IMG/VR virus record: IMGVR_UViG_3300042923_000056
Span: 1 to 32,443 of that record
Length of the DNA: 32,443 bases
DNA from: a virus
Lineage: Duplodnaviria; Caudoviricetes
Strand: one strand, 5' to 3'
Position 1 is the first letter of the stretch; each line of letters begins with the position of its first letter. Shown piece by piece: positions 26,321 through 32,443 of this stretch. The notes beneath the pieces were generated by a model. That model saw nothing but the letters and a program-made list of their open reading frames with translations. It made no database searches and had not been told where the DNA came from. Made by a program: the position numbers and the translations under genes.

Positions 26321-26659
26321 TCAAATCAATCTGTCGTTAATACGCCTCAGCTCGGCGTAGTTACCGTTTTCGTCGTTTTCGGAATCGAAGTAGAAGTTAT
26401 GTCCGAGCCGTAGTCGGCGCACCCTTGATAGCGCCCAATCAGCTGGGTCATGATTTTTCCCAAGCATGAATGTCGCTGCCCACGGTGTGGCGTTCGGGCT
26501 GCAATAGAAGTACAAAGGCCACCACCGACCAAAACAGCGGAACGGGAGACGAAAACAGACATAGCCCCACCGTTTCGTTCGGATGTTGACACCCCAGTGC
26601 ATGGCATTACGTCCGTAAATCGTGATTCGCTTGCCAATATGGATATGCCCACTAAACAT
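26321..26659 (-). CDS. Hypothetical aromatic-rich phage protein (112 aa)
   Basis: GGAGG then ATG 26659 (MFSGHIHIGKR...YFYCSPNATPWAAT), overlapping the upstream stop. Confidence 0.7.
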   Translation of the reverse strand: MFSGHIHIGKRITIYGRNAMHWGVNIRTKRWGYVCFRLPFRCFGRWWPLYFYCSPNATPWAATFMLGKNHDPADWALSRVRRLRLGHNFYFDSENDENGNYAELRRINDRLI

Positions 26660-27230
26660 TGCTGCCACCTCCATACCGCCGATCCAACATTTCCACGAAG
26701 GCGACGGCCACGGCCGCCAGCTGCACAGCCTCCGCCCGCATATTCTCGTAGCCGCCCTTCGCCCGGGCTTCCGGTCCGTTATCGAACACCGTTTCGTTGA
26801 TCGCCTCACAGAGCTCGCCGTATTCTTCGCCGAGGATGCCGAGCCAGTACACCGGCTCATGGTTCTGCTGCCCCCATTTGGCGTCCTGGCGGGCGCGTTC
26901 GGCGATGACGTCAGATAAAGCTACCGCTTGCGGTATGCTTGTTTCCAGATCATCATATTGCCTTGCCCAGCCTGCTACCGCTCGCTTGAGTTCGGTATTT
27001 TCTTGCAAAAGTTGATCTATTTGCATATTTGCTGCGCCTAATGCTTCACCTCGGCGACGGAAAAACTTTTGGGCCTCGCGAATGTTCTCCGGCGAATATC
27101 CCGTTTCTTCGTACGCATATAGACGTTCAAACAGTAGATTGATACCCTCTGAATGTGACAGCTTAGCAAACCCATTACCGTCTACGAACTCAAATGATCC
27201 GCAACTGAGTTTTCGCGTGATCCTATTCAC
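26652..27230 (-). CDS. Fusion protein with C-terminal MazG-like NTP pyrophosphohydrolase domain
   Basis: ERARQDAKWG...LGEEYGELCEAI...MRAEAVQLAAVAVA; N-terminal RLYAYEETGYSPE phage motif and coiled coil. Confidence 0.8.
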   Translation of the reverse strand: MNRITRKLSCGSFEFVDGNGFAKLSHSEGINLLFERLYAYEETGYSPENIREAQKFFRRRGEALGAANMQIDQLLQENTELKRAVAGWARQYDDLETSIPQAVALSDVIAERARQDAKWGQQNHEPVYWLGILGEEYGELCEAINETVFDNGPEARAKGGYENMRAEAVQLAAVAVAFVEMLDRRYGGGSNV

Positions 27231-28111
27231 CCCGCATCAACCTCCCCGATCAGCCGGTCAATGTACCAGCTGGCTTTCCGTAAGTCCTCGACGCCGTTTT
27301 TCATCGACCAGCGCCACAGGTATTTGATCGCCGCACCCGTCGCGTAAGCCTTCCCGCCAGTGAGCCCAATCGTCGCCGCCTCGATCGCGTCGATGCACTC
27401 GACGGCACCGGCCGTATAGTGACTCGGATGGTTAACGGAGTCGTGTTTACGCTTCGGCAGCTCGCCAAAATCGACGAGCGCCTGGTACGTACTATTTGGA
27501 TCGCTCGGTACCCCTTCGGCGTAGCCGGCAGCCACGTCGAGTTGAGCGCGCAGGCGGGCGATCTCCCGATCCCTTTCTTTAATGCCGGCTTCCACAACTC
27601 GTTCATTGTGCTTCATATCTTCGATCTTCTGCCTTCCCGCCTCGATCCCCTCGTCATCCACCGTCGGGGCCCCCAAAACTCGCCGGAACCCATCAGCGAT
27701 AAGATAATACTGGTTTGCGGCGTCTATTAACCTGTCGATTTCAGCCTGCCCGCGCTCGGCGACCTCCCGCCAATGCTGCGCGGCTGCTTGCAGATCGGCG
27801 ACCTCTTGCTGCTCCGCTTTGGCCTCTGATTCGTTCGCTACTTTAGGCGCCACCGTCTTTTCCGTTTTGATCCTTTTGGGTGCTGCTACTTGCTTTTGCC
27901 CCTTAACCCCGGCCATGGCGTTCCGCTCCTTCCGTTGTCGTATACTCCCGTTAAGCTTTTCACCGAGTTCCATAATTTGCGCTCCGATCGGACAAGCCCG
28001 GCAAACCTTGTTTGTATGGCCCCCGCCACGAGGGTTATCCGAGCAAGTTTCGCAATGCTTCGCTTGAAGCGCGTCAATTTTGCTGAGGACTTGCAGACGC
28101 TCTTTACTCAA
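27227..28111 (-). CDS. Zn-finger / coiled-coil / DUF3310 (SaV-like, T7 gp1.7-like) protein
   Basis: CETC...CRACPIG N-terminus; DSVNHPSHYT...ECIDAI...AIKYLWRW..KNGVEDLRKASWYI C-terminus. Confidence 0.85.
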   Translation of the reverse strand: MSKERLQVLSKIDALQAKHCETCSDNPRGGGHTNKVCRACPIGAQIMELGEKLNGSIRQRKERNAMAGVKGQKQVAAPKRIKTEKTVAPKVANESEAKAEQQEVADLQAAAQHWREVAERGQAEIDRLIDAANQYYLIADGFRRVLGAPTVDDEGIEAGRQKIEDMKHNERVVEAGIKERDREIARLRAQLDVAAGYAEGVPSDPNSTYQALVDFGELPKRKHDSVNHPSHYTAGAVECIDAIEAATIGLTGGKAYATGAAIKYLWRWSMKNGVEDLRKASWYIDRLIGEVDAG

Positions 28112-28117
28112 AGGGGA

Positions 28118-29050
28118 TCACTCCCTCGACCGTTGTGATATTTCCATGAAGTCAAGTACCATAAGCCGGGTCTGAGCTTCCTTGATCACCCGCGCCAATA
28201 CTTCTTTCTCCGTTTCCCGGACTGCCCTGGCATCGTGAACAAGATCACAACCCTGCAACGTGCTCAAATCCGCCCGTGTCGGATTCGTTATCTGTGATAC
28301 CCTTACCGCTTGTTTCCGTATGGAACGTTCGACGTGATTACGCACTGTGCGGGCATTACCGAAATTCGGTTTGGCCTTCTCGATCCACAGTACACTGGCC
28401 AGCGCCTCCGTATAATCCGACGCGGCCGTGAATTCCTGATCGTCGAGCATCTGCTTTGCGACCTGAATCAAGTCCGGTACCGAATAGTCTGGAAAATGTA
28501 CCCGGTTGGGGAAGCGCGACCTTAGCCCAGGATTGCTGTTTAAGAAGGATTCCATGTCTTCGGGGTAGCCGGCCGCGATCACCATGATCTCGTCGCGCAT
28601 GTCCTCCATAAGCTGTACGACAGCAGCTACTACTTTATCGTCCTGCTTATGGTTGCTCTCCCCGTCAACAAACGCGTACGCTTCATCGATGAAGATCACG
28701 CCACCTCTAGCTTGCTTAAACTTCTCTTTTATCGTTCGTTCCGCTTGACCTACATGAGGATGGATGACATCAGCGTGATGTATTTCGATGAAAGGTATTC
28801 CATCATCAGAGCTGCGGGGGTTTCTACACAGCAACCCCATTCGGGCAAAAGCTTCTCCGATTAAACGAGCAGCTGTGGTTTTACCCGTCCCGGGGTTGCC
28901 CGTGAAAACCATGTGGTTTGTTTGAGGTTGGCTTTTCAAGCCCTGCTTTTTTCGCATGGTGGACACCCGCGAGAATTGTATAATTTGTTCGACCTGGGCT
29001 TTAACATCAGCCATCCCAGGCATTGAGCCAAGGCGACGAAGAGCGTCCAC
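28118..29050 (-). CDS. AAA+ ATPase, CbbX/SpoVK family
   Basis: HMVFTGNPGTGKTTAAR, GGVIFIDEAY, IAAGY, NPGLRSRF, FPDYS, FGNARTVRN; likely GTG start at 29050 after AAAGGA. Confidence 0.9.
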   Translation of the reverse strand: MDALRRLGSMPGMADVKAQVEQIIQFSRVSTMRKKQGLKSQPQTNHMVFTGNPGTGKTTAARLIGEAFARMGLLCRNPRSSDDGIPFIEIHHADVIHPHVGQAERTIKEKFKQARGGVIFIDEAYAFVDGESNHKQDDKVVAAVVQLMEDMRDEIMVIAAGYPEDMESFLNSNPGLRSRFPNRVHFPDYSVPDLIQVAKQMLDDQEFTAASDYTEALASVLWIEKAKPNFGNARTVRNHVERSIRKQAVRVSQITNPTRADLSTLQGCDLVHDARAVRETEKEVLARVIKEAQTRLMVLDFMEISQRSRE

Positions 29051-29055
29051 TGTAA

Positions 29056-31041
29056 TCAGTCCTTTTGATAGAAGTCGGCCGTGAATCCTGCCGCTTTGAG
29101 CTGCAACCCCGGCGCCCATGGGATCGGCTCGCCCATCACATCCAGCGCATGTTCGAGTTGACCCGCATCACCTTCAGCTACAACCTCATCATGGATGTGC
29201 ATGACGATCGGATAACCCACAGCATCGAGCCGCACCATGGCGACGGCCAAGCAGTCCCGGGCGATCGCCTGCACGACGTTCTCCGTCAGCTTCCCGCCAT
29301 AGGTAGACAGCACCGTCCATTTTTTCGTTTGCTGGTCCATGCCCCAATAGTGGAGCGCCTGCTTGCCGAAGTCGTTTTCCTTTAAAAACGGCTTAGCGTA
29401 GTAGAGCTTCCGCCCACTTGGCAGCTGGATCGTGAAGAAGTCCTGTCCGGTACCGAAATGGCTTTCCCTTGCGAAGATCAACCCTTTTACTCCGACTGGC
29501 TGCCCGGTCTCCATGACCTCAAGCGCCGCGGCCTCCAAACTCCACCATAGGTCGACGATGCGCCGATTGGCGTTGCGCCAGCGCAGCACGATCTCCGGCA
29601 GCTCACCCTCGGTCAGCCCCATGTCGAGTGCCCCCATCGCGATCAGCGCACCTTTGCCGCCCTGATAACCCAGCGCAAGCTCCGACACCTTGCCTTTTTG
29701 CCGAAGATCGCTGTCGATTTGATCCAGTGGGATGCCAAACATCTGCGACGCCGACGCCTCGTATATCTTGCCGTGTGTCGCAAATACATCAAGCCGCCAC
29801 TGCTCCCCTGCCAGCCAGGCGATAACGCGGGCCTCGATGGCGCTAAAGTCCGCCACCAGAAGCGTCCTACCTTCTGACGGTACAAAGGCCGTGCGGATGA
29901 GCTGCGACAGCGTATCCGGAACGTTGCCATATACAAACTTGAGCATGGCGACGTTCCGCGCGACGACGAGCTGCCGGGCATAGGCCAGCAAGGTCGTCTC
30001 GCGCTTAAGTTTGAGCTTGTCGAGGTGATTGCGCGGCAGGTTTTGCACCTGCACCAAACGTCCAGCCCATCGTCCGGTCCGGTTGGCACCGTAAAACTGT
30101 AGCAGTCCGCGCACCCGTCCATCGTCCCCGGCGGCAGCTTGCATTGCCGCATACTTTTTGGTACTGGTCTTGCTAAGTTCTTGCCGGATCTCCAAAACGC
30201 GCTTAGCCGCGCCCTCGTCCACCTTATCGATCAGCTTGCTCACGGTGTCCTTGCGCAAATCCGTGATTTCCTCTTCGCCTTCCAGCGCTTCGTTCAGCCA
30301 TTTCGTCAATTGCTGAACGGATTTCGGGTTGTCGAGACCGGTTATTCGGACGGCTTCGGTCTTAAGCTCTGTCGTCACTAGCTCATCAACGGCCAGCGCC
30401 CCGGCGACCATTTGCATATCACAGCCGACGCCGTGGGCGTTGATCCGCTGATCCAGCTCCCACAGCTTCTGTTCCTGTTCTGGGACCGGGAAGGCCGACA
30501 ACCGCCGAAGGATCTCCATTTCCGCGACGACGTCGCCGGCGCAGTACTCCTTAAACAGCCGCCACTTCTCCGGCTCGTGATGCGGTAGCGTGCGGATCCG
30601 TCCGCCGTTGGTCTTTGTCGGCTTCGTCGGAATGCAAAACGTCCGGATCAGCGCTCCGCCTACGCCCAGCTTGCGCTTATCCTGCGGCAACCCCATAGCC
30701 TCGCCTGTCGGGCCGAGACCGGCCGTATAGCCGCAGTACAGGCCGTGCATCATCGTGCAGCGCCACTGCTCGATAGGCGAATGCATCACGCTATTAATGC
30801 AGTACCACTCAAACGAGGCGTTATAGGCATGTTTGATTACCTGTGGATCATACAGCGCGTGAATGACTTCCATTGGTAACGATTCGCTTTGCACCAGGTC
30901 AACTACGTTAACCGGTCCCCCGTCCCAAGAGAAGGCGAACAGAAGAATCTGAAAATCGGGTGACTGAGCGTATTTATAAAGACCGGACTTCTTCAGGTCG
31001 ACGCTGCTGTACGTCTCAATATCGATTGATAAATGCCGCAT
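29056..31041 (-). CDS. Phage DNA polymerase, family A, with 3'-5' exonuclease
   Basis: Exo IDIETYS, HAYNASFE, YCAGDV; RTGRWAG, QNLP; motif A ADFSAIEAR, motif B RQKGKVSELALGY, motif C HIHDEVV. Confidence 0.96.
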   Translation of the reverse strand: MRHLSIDIETYSSVDLKKSGLYKYAQSPDFQILLFAFSWDGGPVNVVDLVQSESLPMEVIHALYDPQVIKHAYNASFEWYCINSVMHSPIEQWRCTMMHGLYCGYTAGLGPTGEAMGLPQDKRKLGVGGALIRTFCIPTKPTKTNGGRIRTLPHHEPEKWRLFKEYCAGDVVAEMEILRRLSAFPVPEQEQKLWELDQRINAHGVGCDMQMVAGALAVDELVTTELKTEAVRITGLDNPKSVQQLTKWLNEALEGEEEITDLRKDTVSKLIDKVDEGAAKRVLEIRQELSKTSTKKYAAMQAAAGDDGRVRGLLQFYGANRTGRWAGRLVQVQNLPRNHLDKLKLKRETTLLAYARQLVVARNVAMLKFVYGNVPDTLSQLIRTAFVPSEGRTLLVADFSAIEARVIAWLAGEQWRLDVFATHGKIYEASASQMFGIPLDQIDSDLRQKGKVSELALGYQGGKGALIAMGALDMGLTEGELPEIVLRWRNANRRIVDLWWSLEAAALEVMETGQPVGVKGLIFARESHFGTGQDFFTIQLPSGRKLYYAKPFLKENDFGKQALHYWGMDQQTKKWTVLSTYGGKLTENVVQAIARDCLAVAMVRLDAVGYPIVMHIHDEVVAEGDAGQLEHALDVMGEPIPWAPGLQLKAAGFTADFYQKD

Positions 31042-31058
31042 ATGCCCTCCATCTGGGG

Positions 31059-31088
31059 AAAGAAAAGGGGCCCCGAAAGAAGCCCCTT
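31059..31088 (-). terminator. Intrinsic terminator between SSB and polymerase
   Basis: Minus strand AAGGGGC-TTCTTTCGGG-GCCCCTT then TTCTTT. Confidence 0.7.
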
Positions 31089-31094
31089 AGATTC

Positions 31095-31952
31095 TTAAAT
31101 CCCCCACACGCCGCCATTGAGCGGTTTACCTGTAATCGGGTCGATCTGCTGCGCCGGCGGTTGCATTGGTTGTTGACCATAGCCTTGTTGCGCCGGCGGC
31201 TGACCGTATCCATAGCCCGATTGCGCTGGCGGTTGCTGCTGACCGTAACCCTGCTGTGCCGGGGGTTGGCCGTAGCCCGATTGTGCAGGTGGTTGCTGCT
31301 GGCCGTAGCCATAACCCTGTTGCACCGGGGGCTGGCCGTACTGCTGCTGTGGCGGCGCTGCTTGTTCCCAGCCGCCCGGAGCTGCTGGAGGAACGTAGCC
31401 TGCACTTCCACCATTTCCACCGAAAGCCTGTTCTGCGCTGATCCGGCCGCCCAACGGCTCGCCGTCGGCAAGCTTCTGGACCGGACCGAGTCCTGCACCG
31501 ATCCCCCGATTACCGCTATTGCTGAACGGGAAAAAGTTGAGGTTCACACGGCCATACATGCCGCTGTATACTTCCGTTTGGTTAATGATTGGGTTCATGT
31601 TGGCATCGACAACCGCCTGCTGCTGTTTACTGCTGGCCGTAAGCACCCAATGCCCCTTAGCCTCCGGTCCAAACGGCTCTCCATTTTGGCGAACACCGTC
31701 CCCGTCCCATAACGGCGTTTTCGGTTGAGGAGGCCGAGCTCCACCCCAGACGCCGGACACGCCCTTCTGGATCGCAGATTGAATTGCTGCATGAATGCGC
31801 TGCATGGTCGTTACATCCGATTTCGGAATCAGAATCGTCGTGCTGAATTTCGGCTCCTGCCCTGGTTGGCTGGCATGTGGCTGAAAGAGGTGAACGTAGC
31901 TAAGTCTTACCTGTCCTGTCGTTACGCTTGTCGCTTCTACTTGGTTTGTCAT
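31095..31952 (-). CDS. ssDNA-binding protein, DUF2815 (T7 gp2.5-like), with low-complexity tail
   Basis: VRLSYVHLFQP, PKFSTTILIPKSD, PLWDGD, EVYSGMYGR, GNRGIGAGLGPVQKLADGEPLGG; AGGAGG before ATG 31952; a second in-frame ATG at 32039. Confidence 0.92.
   Translation of the reverse strand: MTNQVEATSVTTGQVRLSYVHLFQPHASQPGQEPKFSTTILIPKSDVTTMQRIHAAIQSAIQKGVSGVWGGARPPQPKTPLWDGDGVRQNGEPFGPEAKGHWVLTASSKQQQAVVDANMNPIINQTEVYSGMYGRVNLNFFPFSNSGNRGIGAGLGPVQKLADGEPLGGRISAEQAFGGNGGSAGYVPPAAPGGWEQAAPPQQQYGQPPVQQGYGYGQQQPPAQSGYGQPPAQQGYGQQQPPAQSGYGYGQPPAQQGYGQQPMQPPAQQIDPITGKPLNGGVWGI
31144..31360 (-). repeat. Coding tandem repeat QPP(A/V)Q(Q/S)GYG(YG) in the SSB tail
   Basis: Five units plus partial copies visible in the translation. 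Confidence 0.9.
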
Positions 31953-32041
31953 TTGTCGAGTCCTCCTGTTGTCGTTTTTGCCGCTTGACCAGCGGCCCGA
32001 AGTCATTTGATCTATGTGATAGTCGGCGACGTCGCCCATGA

Positions 32042-32443
32042 CTATGTCACCTCTGGGGGTGAACCGAAAACGTCTTCTGGCTTGACCTTGTCCATGAACG
32101 CCGGACGTGCGTCATTCTCTTGTGCAAGTGTCGGGGCTCCGGGCTTGCTGACCACTAACCCCGGACCCTCCAGCAGTTCGCGGTATTGCGCCTTCCCGAG
32201 CTCTTTTTCGAGCTGCGGCGGCGTCAATGGCTGCCTGACATACAGCACAGCCTCGTCAATCCCGGACTCTCTTAACTTGGCGAACGCCAGATCAATGTCC
32301 GTGTAATCGCGGCTGCCACGACCGGCTACAGCTTTCCATCCCGGTACAGGCTCCCCGGTGAGGATCCGGGATAACGCGACCTTCTTGAGCCCGTTATACC
32401 AGGTCACAATCCCGTCAGCCCGGCGCAGCACGTCGCCAACCTC
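32042..32443 (-). CDS. DUF2800 (Cas4-like PD-(D/E)XK nuclease) protein, C-terminal part; start outside window
   Basis: VPGWKAVAGRGSR...LTPPQLEKELGK...KPGAPTLA..D.RPA; typical DUF2800-DUF2815-PolA synteny. Confidence 0.82.
   Translation of the reverse strand, partial: EVGDVLRRADGIVTWYNGLKKVALSRILTGEPVPGWKAVAGRGSRDYTDIDLAFAKLRESGIDEAVLYVRQPLTPPQLEKELGKAQYRELLEGPGLVVSKPGAPTLAQENDARPAFMDKVKPEDVFGSPPEVT

Larger units (their letters stand above)
1..32443 (-). mobile_element. Myovirus-like (PBSX/Xkd-type tail, SPP1-type head) phage or prophage segment; both ends lie outside the window
   Basis: Contiguous co-oriented replication, packaging, head, neck, contractile tail and baseplate genes; no host housekeeping genes, integrase or att site visible. 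Confidence 0.97.

Noticed and set aside
26652-31041. MazG-like gene plus PolA as a Z-base or other modified-genome pathway
   Set aside because: No PurZ, DatZ or other base-modification enzyme in the window

Overview
The whole window is one segment of a Bacillota (Firmicutes) myovirus-type (pro)phage. Moderately high GC and the PBSX/Xkd-like tail suggest a Paenibacillaceae host (inference). All credible genes lie on the minus strand. From the right end they run: replication module (partial DUF2800 nuclease, DUF2815 SSB, family A DNA polymerase, inserted CbbX/SpoVK-type AAA+ ATPase, Zn-finger/DUF3310 protein, MazG-like protein, VapE primase-helicase, repeat-rich putative origin, VRR-NUC, SNF2 helicase), then an ArpU/RinA-like late activator, packaging and head genes (TerS, TerL, SPP1-type portal, MuF, scaffold, major capsid), neck, contractile tail (XkdK/M/N, tape measure, XkdP-U) and the start of a tail fibre. 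The main points of interest are: a MuF minor capsid protein fused to an R-S-E ADP-ribosyltransferase, followed by an unannotated 38-aa ORF and a direct-repeat-flanked cassette; a SpoVK-like ATPase inside the replication operon; an SSB with a prion-like Q/G/Y/P repeat tail; a structured terS-terL spacer with a coupled small ORF; and AT-rich morons flanking the tape measure gene. Family assignments come from motif recognition and synteny only; no database searches were run.
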